Both the position numbers and the translations under genes were made by a program. Positions 20,190-29,882 of a stretch of DNA of 33,868 bases are shown here, one piece after another. Position 1 is the stretch's first letter. Each line of letters opens with the position of its first letter. The stretch spans positions 1 through 33,868 of the forward strand of contig JANRJA010000133.1 of NCBI GenBank assembly GCA_033764315.1. Direction: 5' to 3'. The notes beneath the pieces are model-generated. The model worked only from the letters and a program-made list of their open reading frames with translations, had not been told where the DNA came from and ran no database searches. The DNA comes from Oculatellaceae cyanobacterium bins.114 (GTDB lineage Bacteria > Cyanobacteriota > Cyanobacteriia > Elainellales > Elainellaceae).

Positions 20190-20654
20190 ATCTGCTCTCT
20201 AAAGTTAAGTGCTACAAACCGCTGGTAACCACCTTTAAGTATTACTAACGGAGTTGGGGTGTTGCCAATCAGTAAATTTTCTGAATATGAAGGGTCAAAC
20301 CTACACATCCATAAATCACTTTAAGACCAGCACCACCAAAATTGGTTATCACCTTTCGATCAGAGAGATGACAGCCCAATCGCTCGAACCACGACCTAAA
20401 GTCTCCGTCTTATCCACTGCAAAAGTTCCAACTTCATACATCTTAATGTAAAGTTGGCAACAATCGAACAAAGAATTGAGGCGATCGCCCCCAAATTCCC
20501 GCTCTTAGAACTGTAGGGATCTCAACACTTGCAATGGTGATAATTTCAGCATATAGAAGACTACAACCACCCGGATTGAAATCATCGGAGTTTGAGCTAG
20601 GTTGCAGTTAATTTTAATTATATATCTTTTTCTTAATATATAGCAATCGAAGAG

Positions 20655-22808
20655 CTATCCTTTGACGATCGCCCCAAAATCTGCCAAGACGCGAGCATGA
20701 TTTCGCAAAACACCTAACAAGTTCAGGCGATTGCGGCGGATGTTGGGGTTTTCATCCATCACCAAGACGCTGTCAGGTCCGTCAAAAAAGTGGCTAACCA
20801 CAGGGGCGATCGCAGTCAACCCATCCACCAGTTTTTGATAGTCACGAGTAGCTTGCGCCTCTTGAGTTTGGGGCACGAGTTGCACCAGCGCATCGTAAAA
20901 GGCTGGCTCTGAGGGACTTTGGAATAAGTCGGGTTGAATCAGAGGTTGGGGGTCGAGTTGGATTTTATCTAAGTCACCTTGGGCTGCCAATCGGGTAGAA
21001 CGGTTGACCGTTTCATAGATGGCATCCAGAGCGCGATTATGGCGGATGGATTGCAGAAAAAGGGCGCGATCGCGCACATCTAATAAGTCTTTGAGGGCAC
21101 GTTCGGTATAGTCGGGGTCATTTTCACCCAACACGGCATTCACCAAATCGTAATCAATCTGGCGATCGTCTTGCAACAGAGTGCGGATGCGTTGCAGGAA
21201 AAACTCATGCAACTGAGATTGCAGTCGAGGGGTGTGTTCGTTTTCACCAAAAGTGGCGGTGACATCGGCGATCGCCCGATCTAACTGTTGCTCTAAGTTG
21301 AGGGATAGATTCGCCATCCAAATAATATTGACGATCGCATTGGCGGCGCGACGCAGCGCAAACGGGTCAGAGGAACCCGAAGGAATCATGCCCAGGCTAA
21401 AGATGCCCACCAGCGTATCGAGGCGATCGGCAATGCCAACGACTTGTCCCAGCAAGGTTTGCGGCAGTTGGTCGCCCGCCCCACGGGGCAGGTAGTGTTC
21501 ATAAATGGCGGTAGCGATCGCCTCTCCTTCACCGCTAGCGAGGGCATATTTTTGCCCCATGACGCCTTGCAGTTCAGGGAACTCTCCCACCATCTGGGTT
21601 ACTAAATCGGCTTTACACAACAGAGCCGCTCGTTCAATAGAGGAGCGATCGCCTTGATTTAGCTTAAGTTGATCACCAATTTGCCCTGCAATTTGAACAA
21701 TGCGATCGACTTTGGCCCGGACTGAACCCAGTTTTTCCTGAAAGGTGACGGTTTCGAGTTTGGACAAGTAACCCTCTAACGGAATCTTGCGATCGGCATC
21801 AAAAAAGAACTTGCCATCTGAAAGCCGCGCCCGAATCACCCGTTCGTTGCCTGCCGCGATGATTTCAGACTGAGCAGGATCACCATTTGAGATTGTGATG
21901 AAGTAGGGTAATAACTCCGCTGAGCCTTCAGCTTTGAGCACCGGAAAATAGCGTTGGTGGTCTTCCATCTCAGAGATAATCACTTCCGATGGTAATTCCA
22001 AAAATTCGGGATCAAACTTGCCAACGACCGCCGTGGGATATTCCACCAGGTCAACCACTTCTGCAAGCAAATCGGGATCAATCCGTGCAACCCCCCCAAC
22101 CGATTGGGCTGCCGACAGAGTTTGCTGCTGAATATCAACTTTGCGTTGAGCAGGATCAACTTGCACTGAGGCAGATTCTAATTGGGTGAGATAATCGGCA
22201 GCATGGGCGATCGCGATCGGCTCAGGGTGCAGCACACGGTGTCCTTGGGAGAGGCGATCGCTGACACACACTTCAGAACCATTTTCCAATCGAATCGGCA
22301 GAACGACATCATCCAACAACGTCACAAGCCAGCGAATCGGACGGGGAAAACGCAGATCACCATCTCCCCAACGCATAAACCGCTTACCTTCTAGACCAAA
22401 GATCCAACCAGGGATCAGTTCAGTCAGAATCTCAGTCGTGGGACGGCCAGGAATCTTTTGATTAACAAAAACAAAATCGCCTTTGTCAGTGCTGCGAATT
22501 TCAAAATCATCAATGGAGACTTGGCGCGATCGGGCAAATCCTTCCGCTGCTTTGGTGGGTTTACCATCTTTGAAGGCAGCTTGAGCAGAAGGGCCTTTAA
22601 CGTCTTCTTCTCGGTCGGGCTGTTGAGTCGGTAACCCGTGAAGCAAAATAGCAAGACGACGAGGAGTGCCGTAGTAGTCAATGGTTTCGGGAGTGAGGAA
22701 CTGTTCTTTTAAGCTGGCAGGAATGCGCGATCGCCACTGTTCTAACGCATCGGCCACAAAACTGGCAGGCAATTCCTCGGTTCCCACTTCCAACAAAAAC
22801 GTCACCAT
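20655..22808 (-). CDS. glyS: Glycine-tRNA ligase beta subunit
   Basis: [54 protein letters not shown]-type C-terminus. Confidence 0.97.
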   Translation of the reverse strand: MVTFLLEVGTEELPASFVADALEQWRSRIPASLKEQFLTPETIDYYGTPRRLAILLHGLPTQQPDREEDVKGPSAQAAFKDGKPTKAAEGFARSRQVSIDDFEIRSTDKGDFVFVNQKIPGRPTTEILTELIPGWIFGLEGKRFMRWGDGDLRFPRPIRWLVTLLDDVVLPIRLENGSEVCVSDRLSQGHRVLHPEPIAIAHAADYLTQLESASVQVDPAQRKVDIQQQTLSAAQSVGGVARIDPDLLAEVVDLVEYPTAVVGKFDPEFLELPSEVIISEMEDHQRYFPVLKAEGSAELLPYFITISNGDPAQSEIIAAGNERVIRARLSDGKFFFDADRKIPLEGYLSKLETVTFQEKLGSVRAKVDRIVQIAGQIGDQLKLNQGDRSSIERAALLCKADLVTQMVGEFPELQGVMGQKYALASGEGEAIATAIYEHYLPRGAGDQLPQTLLGQVVGIADRLDTLVGIFSLGMIPSGSSDPFALRRAANAIVNIIWMANLSLNLEQQLDRAIADVTATFGENEHTPRLQSQLHEFFLQRIRTLLQDDRQIDYDLVNAVLGENDPDYTERALKDLLDVRDRALFLQSIRHNRALDAIYETVNRSTRLAAQGDLDKIQLDPQPLIQPDLFQSPSEPAFYDALVQLVPQTQEAQATRDYQKLVDGLTAIAPVVSHFFDGPDSVLVMDENPNIRRNRLNLLGVLRNHARVLADFGAIVKG

Positions 22809-22933
22809 ATTTTGCGTCCTAACCCTCAGCCAAGATAACTTGATTTTAAGTAGCAGTTACCCACTAAACTTTCTCAGTTTATCGTGACGGTGAGACGAAA
22901 GTGCCGTTTTCAGTCGATGCAGAGGAGGTTCAA

Positions 22934-23224
22934 TTAAAACTGTAAGGATGAAACGGGTTCCACGAGCAAGGTGATGTTGCGAACGCCGACGACTCGGACG
23001 ATTTCACCTTGCATTAATCGCAAATTCTTTTCACAGCGGGCGGGCCACCAGGAACCTTGAAACTTGACTCGTCCAGGGGCACCGGGTTGGATGGGTTGAT
23101 CGACCATCGCTTGCTTTTCTTTTTCAGTGGCATTCACACTAAAGAGAGAACCACCGAAGTTGGGGATGGTTTGAGTGTCACTAGATGAGAAGAGAGATTC
23201 AAGTGTTTTAAGAGGGTTGAACAT
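22934..23224 (-). CDS. Soluble NfeD-like C-terminal OB-fold protein
   Basis: GRVKFQGSWWPARC...GEIVRVVGVRNITLLVEP; no TM segment; GGAG RBS upstream. Confidence 0.82.
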   Translation of the reverse strand: MFNPLKTLESLFSSSDTQTIPNFGGSLFSVNATEKEKQAMVDQPIQPGAPGRVKFQGSWWPARCEKNLRLMQGEIVRVVGVRNITLLVEPVSSLQF

Positions 23225-23320
23225 GTCTCTATCGCTCCTGTGTACAATCTAGACTTTAGTGAAGGTTGTGTGAATCCTGTGCGGCTCACACCATAAAGAT
23301 GCCAAACCTGATAGAATCTG

Positions 23321-23403
23321 TCAGTTGGTTAAGGTCGGGGGTTTAACCCCTCACTAAAGGTCGGAAAAAGTCGGGTGCGTTTTGGCGAAGTCAAAAAAGT
23401 CGG
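23321..23403 (+). promoter_or_regulatory. Phased direct repeats AA(G/A)GTCGG in a divergent intergenic region
   Basis: AAGGTCGG at 23331 and 23357, AAAGTCGG at 23367 and 23396; degenerate TCAGTTGG at 23321 and GAAGTCAA at 23387. Three pairs at 9-10 bp spacing. Confidence 0.6.
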
Positions 23404-23479
23404 GTTAGAGTGTAGAGAACTTAAACAGTCCTACATTTCACGACTCAACCACTACCAAACATTGATGATCGGCTAATGC

Positions 23480-25891
23480 ATGGGTGCGGAAGAAGCCTTA
23501 GACCTGGCAGACAATTTAGTCTTTGAGGCAACAGGTGAACATTTAAGTGATCTAAAGCGAGCAGTCTTTAAGGGAGCCTGGGCGGGGCAGACCTACGAGA
23601 ATATTGCTTACGCTCTGGGATATAACGAGAGCTACATCAAGGAAGAAGGAGCAGGTTTGTGTCGTCTCCTCTCTCAGGTGTTGCAAGAGCGGGTCACTAA
23701 AACGAGTTTTCGAGCCGCTCTAGAGCGATTTTGGCGATCGCAAAACGAAGTCACAACTCAATCTCAGTCTTTCTTACCCCAACCTAACACCGTTCCTTCA
23801 GGTCAACCCCAACCACCGACTGTGGCCGATTTACGCGTTGAGCTAGAGGGCAACCCTACCCAATTGCTTCAACCCGACCCACGCTTTATTGGACGTGAAG
23901 GGGCGATCGCAGATCTCAATCGGTTAGTCAGTCAGGGTGCAAAAATCATTCTGATTCATGGAGAAGGGGGTCTGGGCAAAACTACCCTGGCACGCCGTTA
24001 CTTTAAAACTCAGGGCTTTGATTTTTACCTGGAATTATGGATGGCAACTGAGACGCAAAACGTTGCCCCCATTGAAAGTGTGGTCGAAGAATGGTTGCGC
24101 CGTGACTTAAATCAAGACCCCGGTCGAGAATTTGCCATCAACTTAGAAAGGTTGCGTCGCCACTTACGAGACGCCAACTGGCGAGTGGGTGTGTTTATCG
24201 ATAACCTGGAGCCTGCTTTGGATGGACAGGGTAAATTTGTGGAAGCGCATCGCTCTTACGTCGATCTGCTGAGAGTGTTGGCTGATCCTGCGGTGCAATC
24301 GGTCACGCTAATTACCAGTCGAGAACGGTTATATGAATCCAGTATTCATGCTCAACTCTATCCACTGGGCGGATTAGATGAGTCGGTGTGGCGACAGTTT
24401 TTTGACAGTCGAGATATTGACCCTAATTCCCCTGCCCTAAGTGAAATGTGGCGAGCCTATGGGGGCAACGCCAAAGCTATGCAGATTTTGAGTGGGGCGA
24501 TTCTCACTGATTTTTATGGAGATATCGATGCCTACTGGCATGAAAATAGCAACGACTTATTGATCGAGCGAGAGTTGCAAGATTTAGTCAGCAGTCAATT
24601 TAACCGACTGCAACAAGTGAATGAAGATGCCTATCGATTACTTCGGCGCATGGCCTGTTATCGCTATCAAGATGTTTCGTCAGTACCGATTGATGGACTG
24701 TTGTGTTTGTTATGGGATGTTCCGGAAGAACAACGCCGACAAATCATTCGTATTTTGCAAGATTTGTCTCTGATCGAAGCCCGTAAAGGGCAATATTGGT
24801 TGCACTCAGTGGTGCGATCAAAGGCGATCGCCGCATTGAGAAGTAGTGATGAGTGGGAAACCGTAAACCGTAAAGCGGCAGACTTTTGGACACAACAAGT
24901 GCCAATTGTAAAAGATGCCAGAGATGCATTGATTGCCCTGGAAGCCTATTATCACTACTTAGAAATTGAAGATTTTGAAGCAGCTTGTACTGTCATTATT
25001 CAAGGTCGGGGCAATCAAGATAAAGGTTTACCTTTAGGATCATCTTTTTATCAATTAGGGCTATTACAGAAAATCATTTCGGTGATTAATCGCATCTTAC
25101 CTAAAATCAGTTCTGATCAACGGAAGATGCGCCTTTATAACATTCTGGGCTACACCTATCGTTTGATGGGAAGTATTGCTAAAGCTTTGGAATGTCATCA
25201 AGAATCAAGCAAGATTTCAGAAATCTTTAAACTCGATCGGGCACGTCTTTCGACCTTGTTTAATATCGGTTTATGCAAGACAGAGCTATGGGAATTGGAG
25301 GATGCAAAGTCCCATTTTAATTTGGTATTAACCGTGGCCAACGAAACTCCAGATTGTGAGGAATATATCATTTATGCTCAGTGTTGTTTAGCCTTTATTG
25401 ATTCTTGTTTGAGCTTAGGTAAAGACGCTTTGGTAACGTTGCAAACGGCGGAACGTCTGGTTTCAATCAATCAACTCACCCCTTGGGGTAGGGGATATAG
25501 CCTATTGTTTTTGGGACTAACCCACAAAAATTTAGGGAATCTAGTTGAGGCAACAACATTTTGCAACCAGACCATTCACTATGCAGAAGAAAACCACTTT
25601 ACTCAAGTCAAAGCCAAAGCAACCAATTGTCTAGCTGAGCTATATCGCGAACAACAAGAGTTTGATCATGCTCTTGCTAATCATTTAACTGCGATCGAGT
25701 TGTTAGATGCAATTGGGGCTAAATGTGATCTGGCTGAAACCTATTATCAATTAGGTTTGACCTATCAACGAATGGGTAACTTAAATGAAGGTCATCTAAA
25801 CTTTCAAAAAGCAATTCAACTGTTTCAAGAGGTGCAAGCTCCTAAACAAGTTAAACGGGTTCAACATAGCATTCTCTTAAGAGAAGGGTGA
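23480..25891 (+). CDS. STAND (NB-ARC-like) NTPase with N-terminal wHTH-like domain and C-terminal TPRs
   Basis: N-terminal HLSDLKRAVFKGAWAGQTYENIA..GYNESYIK; FIGRE, Walker A GEGGLGKTT, Walker B VFIDNLE, ITSR, LHSVVR; TPR-like repeats at the C-terminus. Confidence 0.88.
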   Translation: MGAEEALDLADNLVFEATGEHLSDLKRAVFKGAWAGQTYENIAYALGYNESYIKEEGAGLCRLLSQVLQERVTKTSFRAALERFWRSQNEVTTQSQSFLPQPNTVPSGQPQPPTVADLRVELEGNPTQLLQPDPRFIGREGAIADLNRLVSQGAKIILIHGEGGLGKTTLARRYFKTQGFDFYLELWMATETQNVAPIESVVEEWLRRDLNQDPGREFAINLERLRRHLRDANWRVGVFIDNLEPALDGQGKFVEAHRSYVDLLRVLADPAVQSVTLITSRERLYESSIHAQLYPLGGLDESVWRQFFDSRDIDPNSPALSEMWRAYGGNAKAMQILSGAILTDFYGDIDAYWHENSNDLLIERELQDLVSSQFNRLQQVNEDAYRLLRRMACYRYQDVSSVPIDGLLCLLWDVPEEQRRQIIRILQDLSLIEARKGQYWLHSVVRSKAIAALRSSDEWETVNRKAADFWTQQVPIVKDARDALIALEAYYHYLEIEDFEAACTVIIQGRGNQDKGLPLGSSFYQLGLLQKIISVINRILPKISSDQRKMRLYNILGYTYRLMGSIAKALECHQESSKISEIFKLDRARLSTLFNIGLCKTELWELEDAKSHFNLVLTVANETPDCEEYIIYAQCCLAFIDSCLSLGKDALVTLQTAERLVSINQLTPWGRGYSLLFLGLTHKNLGNLVEATTFCNQTIHYAEENHFTQVKAKATNCLAELYREQQEFDHALANHLTAIELLDAIGAKCDLAETYYQLGLTYQRMGNLNEGHLNFQKAIQLFQEVQAPKQVKRVQHSILLREG

Positions 25892-25941
25892 AGCAGTTGG
25901 GTCAAGAATCAGGCTTGATCTACGTTCAACCAGAGGAGTGT

Positions 25942-26178
25942 AACAGTTCGGTTTCAGCAGCCCAGCGAATGAATTCGCGGCTACCAAAACGAAGTCCGCC
26001 GTCGCGGACTACTAAAATCAAAGGCTTAATGAACCGCTAAAATCCTGATCCCGACCTTACAGCGATTCCCGGTAGGGTGGGCATCGCCCACAAAGCTCTA
26101 TAGTCAAGGCTTTTGGGAAATGTGGGCGATGCCCACCCTACAATTTGTGGCTTATCCAAGCGGCAACCGCTGTAGGTT
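25942..26178. repeat. Small dispersed repeat family A copy 2, interrupted by a MITE
   Basis: Aligns in blocks with 7792-7935. Its right end CCCGACCT-TA-GGTT is split by the 26060-26172 insert. Confidence 0.75.
26060..26172. mobile_element. MITE/REPIN-like element with TA target duplication carrying a perfect REP doublet
   Basis: TA|CAGCGATTCCCG ... CGGCAACCGCTG|TA (10/12 TIR match). Internal perfect 20-bp IR GTAGGGTGGGCATCGCCCAC (26072-26091) / GTGGGCGATGCCCACCCTAC (26122-26141). Confidence 0.75.
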
Positions 26179-26246
26179 GAGTCAAGCCATTAGAGTTACC
26201 AAATACTACACCCCCCGTTGCCAACTACCACACTCATCAAAGATCT

Positions 26247-26387
26247 TTACCCAGTAGTTCGGCGGACATGGTCAAGAATCTGTTGTTTTCGGTCTGATGA
26301 GTCTGCGTAAGGATCTTTGCTAAAGGTTCCTTTGCTGCGAGCTACATGCTCCATAATGCGTTTCTTGCGATCGCTTGCTTCAGGCAT
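26247..26387 (-). CDS. Unannotated 46-aa microprotein with an internal duplication
   Basis: MPEASDRKKRIMEHVARSKGTFSKDPYADSSDRKQQILDHVRRTTG; GGAG RBS 4 nt before ATG; two copies of SDRKxxI(M/L)(E/D)HVxR. Confidence 0.75.
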   Translation of the reverse strand: MPEASDRKKRIMEHVARSKGTFSKDPYADSSDRKQQILDHVRRTTG

Positions 26388-26467
26388 AGTGCTCCAAGTG
26401 GTTTGTAACGGTGTGTATCTCTTCTATTTTGCTAAATTGTTACAATTCTGGCGATGTTAACCAATCC

Positions 26468-29098
26468 CTAACGTCCGCGAGTGACGCCCAACTGACGTTG
26501 CAGTTTGAGTTCGCGCCACACCTGCGATCCACTGATCTTGCCTTGTAAGAGCAGTTGATATTGCTGAATCGTATAAACAACCTGTTCTGGCGACTCGTTG
26601 ACAAACTCAATGCGAAATTGTCGTAGTCCCAGATTTTGTAAGTGTTGTGCGTACTCTGCTCCCGTTTGAGCGGTGCCATTAAAGACGGTGTTACGGCAAC
26701 CTGCATCTGCTTGCAACACATGTTCAACCCCGGTGCGATCGCGCAATGTCACCTGATGCGTCTCACACGGACGACCACAGTTGGTGAAATCGGTGCCCGT
26801 CGAGAGAAACGCACAAAAAACGCAGTGCTCCATATGAAACATGGGCATGTGTTGATGCACCGTCACCTCAAACCAATCGGGTGGGCAATGGGTTAACAGC
26901 GACTCTAACTGAGCGATGTTGAGATCGTAGGAAGCTGTCAATCGCTCTAACCCAAACTGTTTAAAGTGAACTGCCGTCAGTGGATTAGCCACATTCAGCG
27001 AAAAGTCACCAATGCAACGGCTGTCCTTAAAGAATTGCAGATGATCGTAGTTGCGAACGAGATAACCATCCGCCTCGCAGGAGCGCACTTGCTGCAAAAT
27101 CCAGTTCTCTCCGGGTTTGGTGATGCGTGGCGGAGCGACCCAGATAGAGTGTTCCTCACCCTGTTGCCGCACTAAACTAACCGCTTCTCGATAGGCACGT
27201 GGATCTTCAAATTCGCAGTACAGCGTTTGAATGCCAGATTGGAGGGCAGCGTGAAGTTGGGAGAGATTGCGGACGAGGGTGATCAGGTTAGCCGTTGGCA
27301 GAGACGCGATTAATCGCGTCTGTACGGGAGTGGGGAGTGGGGTTGAGGGGAGGTTGGGTGTTGGCAGAGATGCGATTAATCGTGTCTGTACGGGAGTGGG
27401 GAGTGGGGTTGAGGGAAGGAGGTTGGGCGTTGGCAGAGCCGCGATTAATCGCGTCTGTACGGAAGTAGGAAGGATTTCCGTCCAGGTAGCGGATGGTTGC
27501 AGTTGCCATCGTTTAGGGTGCGATCGCGCTTTTTCCAACTGTTCCACCAGATCTCGACGCAAACGGTTCAATTCCTTGACAGGTAACATGGCTGCATCAA
27601 CAAGGCCGTTGGTCAGCGTCTCTAGGCGAAAGGGAGTATTCCCCAAACGACCCAGTTGTTCCTGCAACCGCTCGGTGGTCAGGGGGTGAGTATGGGCTTC
27701 AACCAGAGGCATGGTCGAGTCTAGTTGAATGACATGCCCCAATTCATCTCGCGCGATCAGCGTCAGAGGATCGCCGATCGCCCCATGCACCTCAATCGAG
27801 ATCGGGCGTTGAAACTGGGGTATTTCTCCAGCAAAACTCTGGCGCAGTTGCCGATCGAGTTCGGGGTCACTGGTCTTCCAGAGGCGATCGCCCACTTGAA
27901 TGCGGTTCAAATCCAGATCGCCCCGTCCAAATTGCAACACAGCTTCAGTGCCCTGCACCTTAACCGAGTAAACCCGTCCTCCTTCTTCCTTTTCAGCAGG
28001 GTTTCCCCGATCAAACACCACCCCATCTCCAGCTTTGAGGGGAGCTTGCACCCGAACCGTAATCTGGTCTTTGTGAATGCGGATGACCTCACCGAGATAA
28101 ACGCCGCGTTTTTTGCCAAATCGCGCATGAACTAAGCTCTGGTTATCAATCCCTTGAAACCAGCCGGTGTGGAGTCCGCGTGAGAATGCCATTTCCAGGT
28201 CATACCGTTGTTGATCGCTCACCTGATGAGGCTGCGATCGCAGTCGGTCAAGGGCTTGACGATAAATGCGAGTGACATTTGCCACATATTCTGGTGCTTT
28301 CAGCCGACCTTCAATTTTCAGCGAGACGACTCCAGCTTGCACCAGGTCGGGCAACACGTCCAACCCGGCCAGATCTTGAGGGCTAAGCAGATAGTGGCGA
28401 TCGCCTAAATCGACAGGGTCGCCATCAACCATCAGGTCATAGGTCATGCGACACGCCTGAGCACACTCACCCCGATTTGCCGATCGCCCACCCAACGCTT
28501 CACTGGTCAGGCACTGCCCCGAATAGGCGACACACAATGCCCCATGCACAAACACCTCTAACGGCAGAGTAGTTCCTTGATCGATTAATTGGATTTGAAT
28601 TTTGTTGATTTCTTTAAGCGAACATTCTCGCGCCAACACCACTAACTGACAACCCAGCGATCGCACAAACTCCACACCCGCCACACTCGTGACAGTCATC
28701 TGAGTGGAAGCATGAATTGGAAAATCAGGTGATAGATGGCGAATCAAGCGACAGATGCCGACATCTTGCACAATGACAGCATCGACTCCCGCTGTGATGA
28801 TCTCACGCAAATACTGTTCGGCTTCGGGTAACTCGTCCGTAAAGACCAGAGTGTTGAGCGTGACGTATCCCTTTACCCCCCGTCGATGTAAAAACGCCAT
28901 TAGCTCTGGCAGATCCGCCGTAGTAAAGTTTTGTGCCCGCATTCGTGCATTAAAGCGATCTAGTCCGAAGTAAATCGCGTCTGCTCCGTTCTCTACCGCA
29001 GCTTTGGCGCATTCCCAGTTGCCTGCGGGAGCGAGTAACTCTGGCAGTGAGTGAATCGGAGCAGGTTGTGTAGATGCGTGGGATGGCTCAGAAATCAT
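26468..29098 (-). CDS. Peptidase U32-family Fe-S protein (RlhA-like RNA hydroxylase, DUF3656 type) with an in-frame repeat insertion
   Basis: ELLAPAG, GADAIYFG, HASTQ, HGALCVAYSGQC...NRGECAQAC, LKIEGR; C-terminal MEHC.FC...C...C. Confidence 0.9.
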   Translation of the reverse strand: MISEPSHASTQPAPIHSLPELLAPAGNWECAKAAVENGADAIYFGLDRFNARMRAQNFTTADLPELMAFLHRRGVKGYVTLNTLVFTDELPEAEQYLREIITAGVDAVIVQDVGICRLIRHLSPDFPIHASTQMTVTSVAGVEFVRSLGCQLVVLARECSLKEINKIQIQLIDQGTTLPLEVFVHGALCVAYSGQCLTSEALGGRSANRGECAQACRMTYDLMVDGDPVDLGDRHYLLSPQDLAGLDVLPDLVQAGVVSLKIEGRLKAPEYVANVTRIYRQALDRLRSQPHQVSDQQRYDLEMAFSRGLHTGWFQGIDNQSLVHARFGKKRGVYLGEVIRIHKDQITVRVQAPLKAGDGVVFDRGNPAEKEEGGRVYSVKVQGTEAVLQFGRGDLDLNRIQVGDRLWKTSDPELDRQLRQSFAGEIPQFQRPISIEVHGAIGDPLTLIARDELGHVIQLDSTMPLVEAHTHPLTTERLQEQLGRLGNTPFRLETLTNGLVDAAMLPVKELNRLRRDLVEQLEKARSHPKRWQLQPSATWTEILPTSVQTRLIAALPTPNLLPSTPLPTPVQTRLIASLPTPNLPSTPLPTPVQTRLIASLPTANLITLVRNLSQLHAALQSGIQTLYCEFEDPRAYREAVSLVRQQGEEHSIWVAPPRITKPGENWILQQVRSCEADGYLVRNYDHLQFFKDSRCIGDFSLNVANPLTAVHFKQFGLERLTASYDLNIAQLESLLTHCPPDWFEVTVHQHMPMFHMEHCVFCAFLSTGTDFTNCGRPCETHQVTLRDRTGVEHVLQADAGCRNTVFNGTAQTGAEYAQHLQNLGLRQFRIEFVNESPEQVVYTIQQYQLLLQGKISGSQVWRELKLQRQLGVTRGR
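27294..27462. repeat. Three tandem 66/69-bp units, each with a palindromic REP (AGACGCGATTAATCGCGTCT), separated by GGGAGTG-type short repeats, inside the U32 CDS
   Basis: Units start at 27294, 27360 and 27429; palindromes at 27302-27321, 27368-27387 and 27437-27456. Confidence 0.93.
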
Positions 29099-29325
29099 AG
29101 GACAGACGGCAGAAAGCGGAGATTAGTTCACCTCTACAACCCTAGCTTAAAGGGGATGGGGTGTGGGGGCTAGAGTGATCATGCGATCGCCAGCAAACCT
29201 CACGTGCTGAATTGACAGATGATGTGCGAATTTCAAGCGTGATTGAGGTTCACACGATCGAAACCATCACGAGAGAGTGCAAGCATCTTGCTCGCGATTT
29301 CATATTTCATTTGAGATATAGTTGC

Positions 29326-29604
29326 ATGTTTTACCTGATTTGCTATGACATCGTAGACGATCGACGGCGCACCAAAGTAGCACACCTGCTTGAAGGTTAT
29401 GGCTTGCGAGTGCAAAAGTCAGTGTTTGAAGCGGTGCTCACCCCTGACCAGCGGCAAATGCTGCATAAAAAACTCAATCGCTATCTCAACGCAGAAGAAG
29501 ATCAGGTGCGGTTTTACCCCATGTCGCCTCGCTATCGACAAAAGGTCGAGATTTTAGGATGGCAACCCGAACGAGAAGTAGACGACGTAGCGTTTATTGT
29601 TTAG
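29326..29604 (+). CDS. cas2: CRISPR-associated endoribonuclease Cas2
   Basis: MFYLICYDIVDDRRRTKVAHLLEGYGLRVQKSVFE...DQVRFY; 92 aa from ATG 29326. Confidence 0.95.
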   Translation: MFYLICYDIVDDRRRTKVAHLLEGYGLRVQKSVFEAVLTPDQRQMLHKKLNRYLNAEEDQVRFYPMSPRYRQKVEILGWQPEREVDDVAFIV

Positions 29605-29659
29605 GAGAGAGGGGGTAAATAAATTAGGACACAAGGGCCATTGCTTTATAAACGATAGG

Positions 29660-29882
29660 AGCCATTCTCGGTAGGATGGGCACTGCCCATCATTCGTTAA
29701 AACTAGCACGGTGAACAATGCTCACCCTACGGTTTGTGGGTGCTATGTAGCTGCATTTGCCCCCCAACCCCCCAAAAATGGGGGACTAGTAGCCATTCTC
29801 GGTAGGATGGGCACTGCCCATCATTCGTTAAAACTAGCATGGTGAGCAATGCTCACCCTACGGTTTGTGGGTGCTATGTAGC
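29660..29882. repeat. Direct duplication of a 92-bp REP-doublet unit (29660-29751 and 29791-29882)
   Basis: Each unit has GTAGGATGGGCACTGCCCA ... GGTGARCAATGCTCACCCTAC; the copies differ at 2 positions and are separated by a C/G-rich CCCCCA..TGGGGG hairpin. Confidence 0.9.

Noticed and set aside
20254-20451. 65-aa ORF upstream of the EF-G gene (likewise 4947-5159)
   Set aside because: TTG starts, no RBS or motif; more likely promoter/UTR DNA.
26290-26330. CTGATGAG as a hammerhead ribozyme core
   Set aside because: No GAAA follows stem II, and the region is explained by the minus-strand 46-aa ORF.
1737-28973. Numerous short ORFs antisense or out of frame within long genes
   Set aside because: Shadow ORFs of well-supported CDSs with no independent evidence.
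29212-29325. N-terminal extension of Cas2 or a cas1 remnant
   Set aside because: The canonical Cas2 start is ATG 29326, and no Cas1-like sequence was recognised upstream.
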